A DNA stretch of 64,000 bases from Phyllosticta citribraziliensis (lineage: Eukaryota). The notes beneath the pieces are model-generated. The model was not told where the DNA came from, did not search any database, and saw nothing but the letters and a program-made list of their open reading frames with translations. The DNA is taken from assembly GCF_038025025.1 (NCBI RefSeq), contig NW_027117348.1, forward strand, positions 930,001 to 994,000. Direction: 5' to 3'. Position numbers and translations under genes: made by a program. Below, piece by piece: positions 1 to 12,297 of the stretch (its first letter is position 1; each line of letters opens with the position of its first letter).

Positions 1-565
1 TGTCCAAACGCAGCGTTCGTTGGACTGGGGTCAGGACGTACTGTGCGTAGCCATGTGCCGCGTACGGAAGCGGAGCTAGCGACGCCAGGTAATCACACCA
101 GTAGAGCGTGGGCTTGTCTGTGATGGGATCCAAGCCTCCAAGCAGCAAGTTGACCGTGTATGGCCTCCGCGACCTCAAGGCATTGGCGAGTTCGGTTCGC
201 ACGAAGCTGGCAACCGCCGACGGGCTGAGGTCGCTTTCGTTGCGCATGGTGTAGAGTTGGATGTTGGCTTGGATGTATTCGGCGAACTGGACTACGGCAC
301 AGATAGTCCTGTCAGCATCAAAATCCTCTGCAAAGGGCCATCGTAAGTCATACCCGTGTCTCCTGCCTCGCCAGAGAATGCCATCAAGGTGTGCTTGTTC
401 AGGGTTCGGGTCTTGTCGTCGGTGGCCTTGAGGATGCTCGCGCCGCGCATGGCAGCCTTCGAGGAGGCGATGATGGTGAAGTCCTTGCCCGTGATTCCGA
501 GTAAAACCTCCCTTCCCATAGGTCAGCAACGCACCGAGATGAAGAGGAGCAGTGGACTCTTACAT
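1..565 (-). CDS. PRE1: 20S proteasome beta-4 subunit (3' part runs off the window)
   Basis: Spliced model AT(565-564)|intron 563-512|G GAG GTT gives [53 protein letters not shown]. After a second intron it reads [18 protein letters not shown]...[12 protein letters not shown]...[21 protein letters not shown], typical of PRE1/PSMB2. Confidence 0.93.
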
Positions 566-921
566 GATTGCTGGACGGTTGGTCTAGAGTGTCCAGGTCA
601 AGGTCGGAGATGGGAGAGGTCAGATATTTAGGCTTGACAGCGAACTAGAGAGGCCAGGCAGGGATGACGCGTGGAAAAGGCAGAACAGAGGTGATGTGGA
701 CGGCGGGTTGATGGCGGGCAAGCTGTGATGTTGACGGAAGCTGGAGCTGCCTGCCGTTCGCTGGGCTGGAGCTTCGTCGGCGTCACGGAGCTTGGACTCG
801 CCGACGGAGAAGTTCTTGGCGCGAATTCTCGAAATTATTTCGCAACCATCCACCAACGACCGCTGCTCGAGAAGCTTGACCACGCCAGCCTTCGCAGAGC
901 CGCAACCGACAATCTCTCGCC

Positions 922-2571
922 ATGTCCTCCTTCTTCACTGCTCCAGCATCCCAGAAGAAGAGGAAGAGGACTGGCACCGCCGCCACAGCACCCGAAAAAC
1001 GAAGCAGGAAGCGCAGAGAAGATTCAATCTCGAGCGGCGAGTCTGACGACGACGACAATCGCGCTCAGGCTGAAGAATACGAGAGCGATGGATCCTCAGA
1101 GGAAGAAGAGAATGAGACAGCGGCCGAGCGCCGTCTGCGTCTGGCCGAGCGGTATCTCGAAAACATCAAGGAGGAGGTGGACGAGGCCGGCTTCGACGCC
1201 GCAGAGATTGACCGCGACCTCATAGCAGAGAGGCTCAAGGAAGATGTCGCCGAAGGCAAGGGAAAGGTCTATCGCCGCATCGCAACGACTCTCGATTTCA
1301 ATTCTGCGACAAAAAATCTGTTTCGATCCGACAACTTAGCCACTACAGCCGTTGCGACTTGCGCCCCTTATGCCTACACTACTACGAAGGACATGTGCCT
1401 CATAAAATGGCAAATACAAAGTCCATCTGACCCCAAAGCCGATCGACCCTCGAACATTACGCCTCGTCGGCGTCCGACGCAGCTCGCCTACACCAGAGGA
1501 AACAAGAGCCACGGAAACGATCCCAAATACCTACATCATACCGCCCCGATCCTGTGCGTCGCCGCCTCTGCCGATGGAAAATTCGTTGTCACTGGTGGAG
1601 CAGACAGGAGACTCATCGTCTGGAACGCCAAGGACCTCACGCCCTTGAAGGTCTTCACACACCACCGCGATGCTGTCAATGCGCTGGCATTTCGGAGGAA
1701 TACGAATCAGCTGTTCAGCGCCAGCAGCGATCGCACAATCAAGGTGTGGAGCCTGGACGAGCTCGCATACGTCGACACGTTGTTTGGGCACCAGGATTCG
1801 GTGGTGGATATCGGGGCGCTGGCCCAGGAGCGCTGTGTCAGCGTAGGCTCGCGAGACCGGACAGCAAGATTGTGGAAGGTGGTGGAAGAAAGTCAATTGG
1901 TCTTCCGCGGTGGCGGTAGCAGCGAGAAACGACTTGCCAAAGGACCATCGGGGGCTCATGCTGAGGGGAGCATTGACAAGATTGCCATGGTGGACGAGGA
2001 CACTTTTGTGACGGGAAGTGACAACGGCTCGATATCGCTTTGGTCTGTCCACAAGAAGAAGCCCGTCTTTACACTGCCGTTGGCACACGGATTGGACCCG
2101 CCTATGAAGCCAGAAGAGGTCCATGCAGACGCAGATATCAACGAGGCCTGGATTCCGCCACAGACACCAAGGTGGATCACGGCGTTGGCAACGATACCCT
2201 ACACAGACGTTATTCTGAGTGGAAGCTGGGATGGTTGGGTCAGAGCCTGGAAGGTCAGCGATGACGGAAAAAGACTCGAGGCAATCGGCACGATTGGCGC
2301 GACGAAGAGTGCCGGAGAAGCCACGAAGGAAATTGATGGGGATCAAACGGCCGAGGAAAACGTGCGCGGAGTCATCAACGACCTCTCCATTTTCGAGAGA
2401 GGTGACAGGGGCAAAGACGGTGTGTGCGTGGTTGTAGCAGTCGGCAAGGAGATGAAGTTTGGCCGTTGGAGAAAATACCCTGGCAAGAACGCTGCTGTTG
2501 TTTTCGAGGTAAGCAAAAAGGCTGTAGATGGAGTCAATAGCGACCAAGAGGGCGCAGAGGAGGCGAATTAG
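922..2571 (+). CDS. RRP9: U3 snoRNP WD40 protein Rrp9/U3-55K
   Basis: 549 aa intronless ORF with MSSFF start, ETAAERRLRLAERYL and EIDRDLIAERL motifs, and WD repeats (YVDTLFGHQD, DRTARLWKVVEESQLVFRGG). Confidence 0.93.
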   Translation: MSSFFTAPASQKKRKRTGTAATAPEKRSRKRREDSISSGESDDDDNRAQAEEYESDGSSEEEENETAAERRLRLAERYLENIKEEVDEAGFDAAEIDRDLIAERLKEDVAEGKGKVYRRIATTLDFNSATKNLFRSDNLATTAVATCAPYAYTTTKDMCLIKWQIQSPSDPKADRPSNITPRRRPTQLAYTRGNKSHGNDPKYLHHTAPILCVAASADGKFVVTGGADRRLIVWNAKDLTPLKVFTHHRDAVNALAFRRNTNQLFSASSDRTIKVWSLDELAYVDTLFGHQDSVVDIGALAQERCVSVGSRDRTARLWKVVEESQLVFRGGGSSEKRLAKGPSGAHAEGSIDKIAMVDEDTFVTGSDNGSISLWSVHKKKPVFTLPLAHGLDPPMKPEEVHADADINEAWIPPQTPRWITALATIPYTDVILSGSWDGWVRAWKVSDDGKRLEAIGTIGATKSAGEATKEIDGDQTAEENVRGVINDLSIFERGDRGKDGVCVVVAVGKEMKFGRWRKYPGKNAAVVFEVSKKAVDGVNSDQEGAEEAN

Positions 2572-2635
2572 GGCACTGAAAGAGGGCCCTGAGGTCACTT
2601 TTCTTTCCAATTGCATTCCCAGCGTTCACGGCGAG

Positions 2636-4067
2636 CTAGCCGCCGCAACTGGTTTCTATATTGACTGGGTTGTTTTTGCTCCCCGTGATTTTTTGCCGCC
2701 ACGGAAGAGACTCGAGGAATTTGCAGGCGTCTTCGCTGATGCATGCCATGGCGTTGATTGGCTTCACATCTGGATCACGAAGCAAGGCTAAAGATGCTAG
2801 ACCGAGGTAGGAATGGTAAATGTCAGGAGGGTCCCCAGGCAGCTTACCAAAGCCACCAACCAGGTGCTGGGTTTTCTCCAGGAGGTAACGACGCATGGCG
2901 CCTTCAGATGTGAGGTGTAATTTGTCCAGCATCTGCAAACTGTCAGCCCTTTGATTGCGGAGTCGACAAGGCTGAAGCTGATCGTACCGCTAACGAGGCT
3001 CCTACCCACCAGGAGTAGCAGGTGTCAGCAATCTTGTTACATCGGCCGTTGAAGCCGGCCCATGACAGGTCAAAGTGGGAGGAGAGGTTTTCAAGCTCCT
3101 TGCTGCTAGGATAGCTCTGGAGCTTGACGGAGGAGGGCGCAACCGGTCCATCTTCGCCATCGAACGAGTCGTCTTCGTCGACCCTGGCCGTCTGCCGTGC
3201 CACAAGCCAGCGGACAGTCAAGTCGGGATCGGCAAGAGTCTGGGTCGGGAGGTGGCCGAGGAAAGCTAGTGCGCCGATTGCACAGTACGTGAAGCCGGCT
3301 GAGACATGTACGTCAGCTTGGACGGTCAACAATGTAGAGGAAAGGCAGAGCGTACCGTGAGCCTCGTGGAAAGGGGCCTCGGATATGCCTCCATCGTATG
3401 TCTGCAGAGCCACGGTGAGCTTTCAAGGAGGCCGAAGCTGTGTTCGAGCGGAACCTACTTCGGACTGCCGTATGCAGCGCACAAGCCCTTGGACATCGAT
3501 GTCGCGCACGCCCTCAACTGCGCCTTCGGCGTCGCCGCGCAGTATCCACCGCACGCCGGCCGCACAGTAGCCGAATCGCGGGTCTTGACCACCTTCTATG
3601 TGCCCACCCTCGCCCTTGGTTTCTCCAAAGCTGCCGTCGGCCCTCTGCATCTTGGGAAGCCACTCGAGGCACTGGCGCCGCTTGACACGCTCGAGGTCGT
3701 CGCCCAGAATGACCAGGGCCGACAGAGCAAAAAAGGTTGCGGGCACATTTGCGGGATCCCAGCATTCGTTGTCCGCATTCCTGCCAGAGCCAAAGTCGGT
3801 GGCAGGCGAGCCGCGGAATCCACCTTCTGGGTGCTGGTTGTGATATAGCCAGTTGATGTAGCCGGCGCGTTCTGCGGGCGTCATGAAGTCGTCGAGGACG
3901 CGCAGCAGGTCGAGAGCGGAGATGATGAAAAAGGCCAGGGTCATGCGATTGCAGTCATTGGAGGTGTAGAAGTGTGGGAGGAAGGTCTTGAGACAGCGCT
4001 TCCAGTAGGTCAAATGCTTGGGGACGTTGAGGCTGGCATCGGAAGGGGGGTCGGAGTCGGGTGACAT
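2636..4067 (-). CDS. CDC43: Geranylgeranyltransferase type-I beta subunit (4 exons)
   Basis: Prenyltransferase repeats: RMTLAFFIISALDLL, DPRFGYCAA, EAHAGFTYCAIGAL, GFNGRCNKIADTCYSWW, GGFGKLPGDPPDIYHSYLGLASL. ORF pieces join through GT-AG introns. Confidence 0.9.
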
Positions 4068-4601
4068 GGCGAGGGCGGCGGCGAAGGCGTAGGACGGAGG
4101 CGGACAAAGACGGGTCTAGGAAGAAGAGGAGGAGACGGTCGTCCAGCTTTGGAGATAGGTGGGTGTGGCCTGTGGCAGCGGAGTGGTGGCCGTGGCTGCG
4201 GGGAGGTGGTGTTCAGCGTATGTACCTAGGTACATATTTATGGAACCGCGTCTGAGCGGAGAGAACGGGCGCTGGCGCCAGCCACAGTGTGCCTGACATG
4301 GCTCGTAAAGTTCCCGCAGGCGCAGGCGCAGGTAGCGTAGCGTCGTCCAGAGCCAGAGAGGGATTCGGTCCCTTGTTTCTTCTGCCCGCTGCAACACAAC
4401 CCCTAACTTAAACATCCATACCTTGTACGCTGCAGCTGCTGCTTCTCCTCCTCGACCTCCCTCTCGTCGCTCGCCCGTCCGCCCTCCTCACCACCGCCTT
4501 CTCCTCCTCCTCCTCCGTCCCCGACCCCGACTCCACTGCTCTCGGATCCCTTCTCCTTTGCTCGATCCCTGCACCCTCTCCGCAGCGGACGCCAGCCCTC
4601 C

Positions 4602-7564
4602 ATGTCTGGCTTCGCAAACTCCTTCTGGTCTGGCGACTATGCCGGAGGTGCGTCGCGCTCCTCGTCTGTTTCACCACGCCTCTTCACACTCTAACAAAAT
4701 TTCCAGGCCTGGGCGTCCTCTTCGGCAAGCTCCAGCAGGGCGTCCAAGAGAATGAGCAGGTCCTCACCATAGCTCGCATGCGCGCCGACGCCGAGGAAAC
4801 ATACGCTGGCAAGCTCGCAGAAATCGGCCCCGTCACCGACCGCTTCCAAGGAGGCTTTTCTCGCGATGACGGCGCCAGTGTGCGCAAGGTCTGAAGCTTC
4901 CACTCGGTCCACCTCGAGCCTCGTATTTCTCGGCGCTAACTCCTTTGCAGGCATACGAAGGTGTGCGCAGCGAAATGGACCAGGCTTCCCAGAGTCACAG
5001 GAAAATCGCATCCAACATCCGGGAGCTGGTCATAAATCCATTCGGCCGCTGGTGCGAGGCGCATGCTGGACGCGTCCAAAACTCTCAAGACGACCTCCAG
5101 TCGCGCATCAAGCTCCACGACAAGCAGGCCGAGGCTGTAAGGAAGTTCCGGTCGCAGTACTACAACAAATGCCGCCTGGTGGAAGATTTGGAGGAGGAGG
5201 ACAAGCTCGCATTTCAAGATCCCCGGAGCGAGACGGTTCAGAGTCCCAAGAAGATTCCCACCCTCAAGCTCTCGGAGCCAGAGGAGGAGGACGATGAACC
5301 GGTCGAGATCGGCGATGAGGTCTACCAGCCCGATCAGGTGAAAAAGATACTCACCCACATGCTCGAGAATATCAAGCTTGGCGAACACAAGCTTCCCATC
5401 ATCGGAACATACCAAAATGTCGCTTCGGGCTCTGACATTACCGAATATTTCCAGAAGCACATGGGCGCTTCCAGCGTGAGCTACGCCGAGAGGATCGGTC
5501 AGGATCTGATCAACAACGGATTCTTGAGGCACATTGGCGCCGTCGGCAACACGTTTGCCAACAGCTCTAAGATGCAGTACCAATTCCGCCCTAGAGTCTT
5601 TAAGTTGACCGGCGTGCCGGAGAAGAAGAAGGAACTGGAAAGGGTCTCCTCCGTCATGTCCAACGACAGCGGCAACTTGGCCGCCGACTCTCCCACGAGC
5701 GCCATGGGCGAGTACCTTGCCGGGTGGAACCCTCTCAACAACCAAAGGCCCAACGAGACTCCTTCGGAAAAGCTTCGCCGCGAAGCGCGCGAGGCTGACG
5801 ACCGCTACAAGGCTGCGGTCAAAAAATTGGACTTTTTGCGCTGCAACTTGGAAGAGGCCATCATGGAGCATCTCAAGTTCATGGAGCGCTGCGAGCTGGA
5901 CCGCCTCAAGGCCATCAAGGCTGTCATTCTGGATCTCTCTGGTGCCATCAGCAATGTCATCCCCGCGCTCCAAAGCACTGTGGACAACATGATGTTATTC
6001 CAGGAGACCATTCAGCCCCTCGGAGATCTGCGCTATCTCTTGGAGAATTACCGTACTGGTCATTTCGTGCCCAGGGTACTTACGTACGAAAACTACTACA
6101 ACAACGTGGACGGTAAGACAACAGAGAGCTGATAAATTTCTTTTGCTGATTGGTGACTAGAACAAACGTTTGGCGTTGACATTGAGGCGCGGGCGAGATC
6201 AGACAGGAAACGCGTGCCCATTGTCGTGACCACCATCCTCACTTTCCTCGATAACCGTAAGGAACTCATCAGACCAAGACGTGATTGAAGACCAGTTGCT
6301 AATGTTTGCAGACTACCCGGATCTCGAGGGAGATGAAGCGCGTCGTGGTATCTGGCTTGTTGATGTTCCTCTTGCAGCCACCCACAAGCTTCGTGCCGAA
6401 ATCAACACCGGCAAGCCCATTCCCCATGAAGTCCTCGAGCAGTATGAGATACCCATTGTCGCCAGCGTTTTGAAATTGTACCTTCTAGAGCTACCTGGTA
6501 CGCCGGCCCTGAAGTTCGCGAGACGTTCACTGGACTAATGTCTACTAGATTCGCTCGTCTCCTCCCACGTTTACGAAATTGTCAAGACCATTTACAGCAC
6601 GACTGCGCCAGCAACGAGCGAGGATGCTCGTATTTCCGTCATTCAATCGACTTTGGGCCAATTGCGCCTGGCAAACATCGCTACGCTCGATGCTATCGTC
6701 ACCCACTTTGTTCGTCTCATTGAGCTCACCTCGGCAGATGAGCCCTATGTCGCCACTCTTGCCAACACGTTGGCTCCGTGCATTTTGCGCCCGCGCCAGG
6801 AGAATTCGCTCACCATGAACGAGCGCTACAGCTATCGCCTAATCCGCGACCTCTTGGCCCACAAGGATGCCATCTTCGGGGAACTGAAGCGTGCGTCGGC
6901 TCTGGCACACAGCAACTCCGGGGCCTCGAGGCCGCGGGCGATTAGCACCGATGAGAGCAACCGCCGTCTGGCCATGGAGGAACGGGCTAGGGCCATTGCC
7001 AACCGTAGCCGCGCCTCTAGCCCTGCCCCAAGTCCGAGAGCACATCATCGGCGCGATCGAAGTTCAGCAGCAGAGACGCGATTCCCAATCGCTCCCAGCC
7101 AAGCCAGTCCGACTGAGCGTCGTCGGACCCAAACGAGAGAGTCTCTTGACGTCCCAGGCAGCGCCGAGAGTTCGCCCGTTCTCAATGACGGCGTCGCTCC
7201 AAAGCCGCAGCCAGCGGCAATCGCAACAACGAACGGCACCCCCACGTCCACTGCCAGTTCCAATTCGAATCGCGACAGCACGTCCACCACAGTCTCCATC
7301 CCCAACCGCGACTCGATCACCTCGGACGCCTCTTCCACGCCTACCAGTGCGACTGTCGAGAAACGTAACTCCTTCGGCCGCTCTTCCATCGCCTCCGCTA
7401 GCAGATTTCCCCGAGGAAAGACTGGAGCCCTGGCAAGACAAAGCCTGATCACCAACAAGCGTGACAGTGTGGGCAGCTTGCGTGGCGACGACGCGGAGGC
7501 GTCCACGCCCGTGGAGGAGAAGCCTCGGGGTGTCGAGTTGGTTGACAAGCCTATGGATGATTGA
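4602..7564 (+). CDS. RGD2: RhoGAP with F-BAR (FCH) and DEP domains, Rgd2/Rga8-like, multi-exon
   Basis: Start MSGFANSFWSGDYAG|GLGVLFGKLQQG, DEP segment (AERIGQDLINNGFLR), and GAP segment (TFGVDIEARAR, VASVLKLYLLELP, LAPCILRPR). Confidence 0.85.
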
Positions 7565-8989
7565 GAAGTAGGAGCGGACCTGTGAGCTAATGAGCGTTGT
7601 TCACTGTGCATGAGAATACCAGATTCGTTGTTTCGTTGGTTAGGTAGGTCGGCTGGCACATACATGCAGTGACGAGCGGAGGAAAATGATACGGTGTGTA
7701 GTTTTTGCAATGCGGTACTACGGACGCATGGACAGGGAGACGGACCGAACAGACGGATGCGCCTATGACAACAGCGATGACTAGATGACTAGTACAGGAC
7801 AGACAGATTTCGCTTCTGGTCGGTAGTCGGGCAGGCATCTTTTTTCCCATTACTATCTCACTACTTTCCCCTTCTTCTCCTTACCATTCTTCAGTCACCG
7901 AGCCACCATCACGAGCGGATGGATGGCATTTCGTGTGTACAATTGATTCATTACATTTCCCTCCCCCGATCTCTCACCTTCCCCACGCTTGTCATTTTGC
8001 GCCAACTCGGCGCAGAGGAACGAATGGATGAACGATCGACTTTGACTTCATGGCAGCCAGGAAGAAGGAATGCTTGGCTATAGCTGTCATCTAGTTACCC
8101 CAAGTAGACTGATAGGAGCTCTTTTCAAAGTCTTGCTTTCCTTCAGAAGTTGCGGCTGACAAGGGCAGCAAGGCCATGTACGATACTCTGCCCTTCACGC
8201 TCAGGGTTAAGTGATCCTTTACTCGATGAACTCCCCGAGCCAAAGCTTTTTGCGCAAAGCTTTTGCGTATACGGAGACCGCCACTATAGGGAAAGGAGAC
8301 GCACGCCCTATAAACCCGTGGATAGTCACTGGGAAGCACTCTCATCCCACAGAGCCAGAGCAGGCTGCTAGAATAAAAATGGGTAGCATTCAATCATGTC
8401 GGGTGGAGAGAAGAAGCATTTGAGGTGCACAATTAAAGTACTAGTGAGTAAGTAATCTCCCGTCCATCGAGAAACAGGAATAAGAAACGTTGACCTGTCA
8501 ACGTCTACATGATGCAGTAGCACTCAGGCTTTGCATAACATCCACATGCAGAGCTGCATGCCAAAATCAAAGAAAAGCGTAAACGAACCTGCACAAATCA
8601 AGCCACAGGCTGGAATAGATATGGGGAGCGAAGTTTGATTTGTAGCTACCACGAATTTTCCGACTTTCCTCGTGGGCGAATTTCCTGAACTGGAGTACTA
8701 TTCGCCACGCCACACCACACGAACTGCCGTTGCTTCATCGATGATTGAAGAAAGAAGCACAAAGGAAAGCAGACCGGGTATCCTCCCGAGTTGTAGAGAA
8801 GAGCAGAGGTGACTTGAAGTCAACCGACCATGACCGAATGGAGGAATGCAAGCCGCAAGCCTCATGAGTTGCAAAAAGAGCAAGGTGAATGGAAAAAACC
8901 CCCGACCATATCCGGGTTCGAGAGTGGGGAGGAGGGCTCTGAGCAGTCGTCGTGAGCCTTTGAATGCTCCTTCTGATCAGTCACCACTT

Positions 8990-11016
8990 TTAGTTCTCCT
9001 TCTTGTCGTCCTGGTCCTGGTTCTGGACCTGAACCTGATGCTGGACATCGTCGTCGCCAGCTCCGCCGTCATGATTATCGTCAGCGCCGGAGCGCTCTCC
9101 CTTCTGGCCGTTGAGCTCGCCCAGAACGCCCGTGTCAAGCTCTTCGGGGTGAGCATCGCCGATGGAAACTTGCTTCAGACGTTGCGTAAACTTGGAATCG
9201 GCACGCGTCTTCTTCTTGTCGGCAGCATCCTCTTCATCGGTGAGGTAGTAAATGCCGTCGGGGTCGTCGTCAGGATACTTGCGAGTCGGGGCGGGACGAC
9301 GCTCGAGGATGACGCCCGGGTTCATTGGGTCCATGTCTACGTTGGAAGCCGGCGTAGACAAGGACGAGTCCGTAGTGTCCCAATCCGATGGACCAGCCGA
9401 GGTGCCCGCCGTGTATTTTCCGCCGTGGCCATCCATGTTGTCCGTAAACACGTCGTCGGGGTGGTGACTGTTCTCGTTGGCGTCGTCGTTGTTGACGCTC
9501 GGGGACGGCTGGTCCTCAGAGGGCTGCTCAGAGGTGTTGGAAGAGTTTTCGTCGGTAGGTTCGTTCGAGATCTCGTTCTTTGGGTTGACTGGAGACTTGT
9601 TCCACTGCGATGAAGATTGTCTTAGTATCTGTTCGAAGCAGAGAGAGCCATGAGGAGTAAATCGCACAGATTGACAAGAAAGGGTGAGTTGTAAGGTGAC
9701 GGTGGAGAGTGTGGAAGAGGGTGGAAAATATAACACGGCGGCAGAACTTACCATAGCACCCAACGCCTTCTGCTGGTCACGGAACTCCAGGTCCTGGACC
9801 GACTCGCGATGCTCGCGGACTGTGTGCTCATGTCAGCCTCAGGCACCCAGAACACGCCGAAGACATCATTGGTCTTCATCCATCCTGTCGAGCGCTCAAC
9901 CTTGCACTTACAGAATGCGAACATGAGCTGCTGGACAGTCATGCCCTTTCCCTTTCCTTTGGACACGGGGCCAGGCTTCTTGACGCCGGCTGCGAACTTC
10001 ACCTCCTTCTTCTCGACACTGTCTGTCTTTGAGGATCTCAGCGCCGACTTGATAGGGCTAACAGCGTTGCGGATCGCAATGCGGCGGTCGCGAGCCCGCT
10101 TGTCACGGGCACTCAAGACAGGGGAGACTGGGGTCACAGGTCTGGCTATCTTCTTCTTCCGAGGGGGAGGGGTGCTCACAGGACGTCCAACAAGTGCGCG
10201 CAGACCCGGACGGCCACGTCCACGGGTCACCGGTCCAGAGCTCGAGGTAGCCTCGGGGCTGGCGGGCTCAGGGCTGGCGGGCTCGGCGGGAGTGGCTTCA
10301 ATGTCCTTGTCCTCCTTCCCTGGACGTATGTCAGTCACTTGATGGGATTGTACTTCTTTGAAGAGTGCAAGAGCAAAGGTGCAGACTCACTAGGTCTTCC
10401 CCTCTTCCTGACAGGCGGAGAGCTGACGGAGGCAGAAGTACGGGCATTTGCCTTCGGACGAGCGGGGGAATCTGTGGCGAGGTTGATTGAGCGTCACGAA
10501 AGCCATGAAAGAGCTAGGAATTCGAAGGGCATGGCTCACCATCGCGCTTGCGACGAGTCGTGCCAACTGTGAGAGGATTTAGCAAGCTGAAAGCTTCACG
10601 GCGGATGCAGAAGAAGCGCGAAGAGTGAAGGAGCCAAGGAGCCGACTTACCAGGTCTACCTCTCTTCCTCACAGCCGGAAAGCTACGAGTGACACGGCTG
10701 CGAGTGACACGACCGCGAACGCTCGCCGCGGGAGCATCAGGGGAATCTGCGATGTGAGGTCAATCAGCGACAAAGACGCGAAAGAGCTAGGGAATCGCTG
10801 GATGTGGCTTACCGCTGCGCCTGCGATTGGTCCTGGTGACTATCAGGGAAGTCAGCAAGGAATCTGATTGCTTCGCGGTCGAGGTTGAAGAGGCCCGACA
10901 GAGCAAAAAGTGAAGGCGGGCGACTTACCCTTGTAGTTGACGGGATCGAGGCGGCGGAGCCCTGCTTGCCTGTCAGCTCAATGCGTCTTCTCACCATCAG
11001 ATCGCAGCATACTCAT
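8990..11016 (-). CDS. Uncharacterised ~452 aa chromatin-type protein: three AT-hooks, a short HMG-box/YABBY-like helix motif and an acidic tail (9 exons)
   Basis: Hand-built exons 11016-11013, 10961-10929, 10839-10813, 10746-10651, 10566-10540, 10471-10391, 10319-9912, 9819-9752 and 9604-8990. All introns are GT-AG, most have clear branch sites, and the joined frame is open. It encodes VRKRGRPV, VRKRGRPRK, TRGRGRP and MFAFFREHRESVQDLEFRDQQKALGAMWNKSPVNPKN. Confidence 0.75.
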
Positions 11017-12297
11017 GATTGCTCAGTGGATTGTCTGTCAATCCTGGAGGGTGGTGAGGATGGAGGTGCGTGGTTTGGTTGTGGTTGCGAAGAGTACGGG
11101 GCTGGGGTTTTGAGTCGTGAGGTCGTGACGCGAGCGAGCGAGGGCGCCGCGACGCCCCAGCTTCTTGATGCCTCGCAGCCCCGAGTCCAGATACACAGCC
11201 GCACGAAAGCGTGGACCGGCTTGCGCCTTTGTGTGGATTAGCCCCGTGTTCTTCCTTCCAAGCAAACGGGGCAGGCACAAGACAGAAGCTTGAAGAGCAA
11301 CCGCTTCAACTTCAACGTGGTGAGAGCATGCACCTGGGAACGGGAACAGCTCAGAGCTCTCTCATTTGGACCGACAGGAAAACACCACTGAGTCCCGAGC
11401 TCTTTTCTGCACTGCTTCATTCAGGGATGCGCGGATGCTGACTGACCACGGAGGCAGACCAACTTTTACCTTTGAAGCACCCCAGCTGCGCCTCTCGTTC
11501 ATGGCCACCAAGGAAAGCAAACGGGACGAGAAACCTTTGGAGGACGGACAGGCAACGACAGACGGCTCTGACAAGAACACGGGTTATTTTGGACAAAGGA
11601 AGTCCACCACTCAAAAGACGCATGAGCGCGACTCGACAATTCGAGTACTGGCGCGGGTCGAAGAGGAAACCTCTGCCCGAGACCCCTACAAGATTAAAGA
11701 CGGACATAGAAGCTAGAACATTCAATGGCTACGTCAGACTAGGGAGTGCTTCCTCGAGGGGCAGCTGCCCTTGCGGGAACTGACACCAAAGGTCGCTCGC
11801 TCTTCACGGAAGAGGCGATGTTGGATTGGAAAGAGCGCGAACACTACAGGGCCTTGCCTTGGATCAGCAAAGTGGGAGCAAAGCAAGAACAACGAAAGTC
11901 GACTTACGTCTTCGAAGAGGATATTCAAGCTGACGATGGCTATTGGGAGCGGAAGATTGTCAGAGCTCTCCTACGTTGGCAGTGCGGACAGGAAAACACC
12001 AAGGGGCCTCCGGAAAGGATCAAAATATTAGAATAAGGATTCACAAAGACCGGATTGCTCACGAGCTTCTATGAATTTAGCCTCGCATGTCCTCAGATGG
12101 GGAGATTAGCCAGAAACCCTTGCAAAGGCCGCCTCGAAAGTAATTCGATTTTTCCATTTCCCACTAGCTCCAGCCCCCGAAGCCATAGTCTATTTTCCCG
12201 ATGAACCTGTTTTGGGATGCCGAATCGACATGTTTTTGTCGTCTTCTCCGAAGCCACACGCCACACCATGCAAGTCAAGCCCCACGATCCCACGATC

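Noticed and set aside
8076..8460. Slightly AT/TpA-rich patch as a RIP-mutated transposon relic
   Set aside because: Short, with no terminal repeats or transposase/RT remnants.
8846..9613. 255 aa hydrophobic + strand ORF
   Set aside because: Antisense shadow of the acidic last exon of the AT-hook gene.
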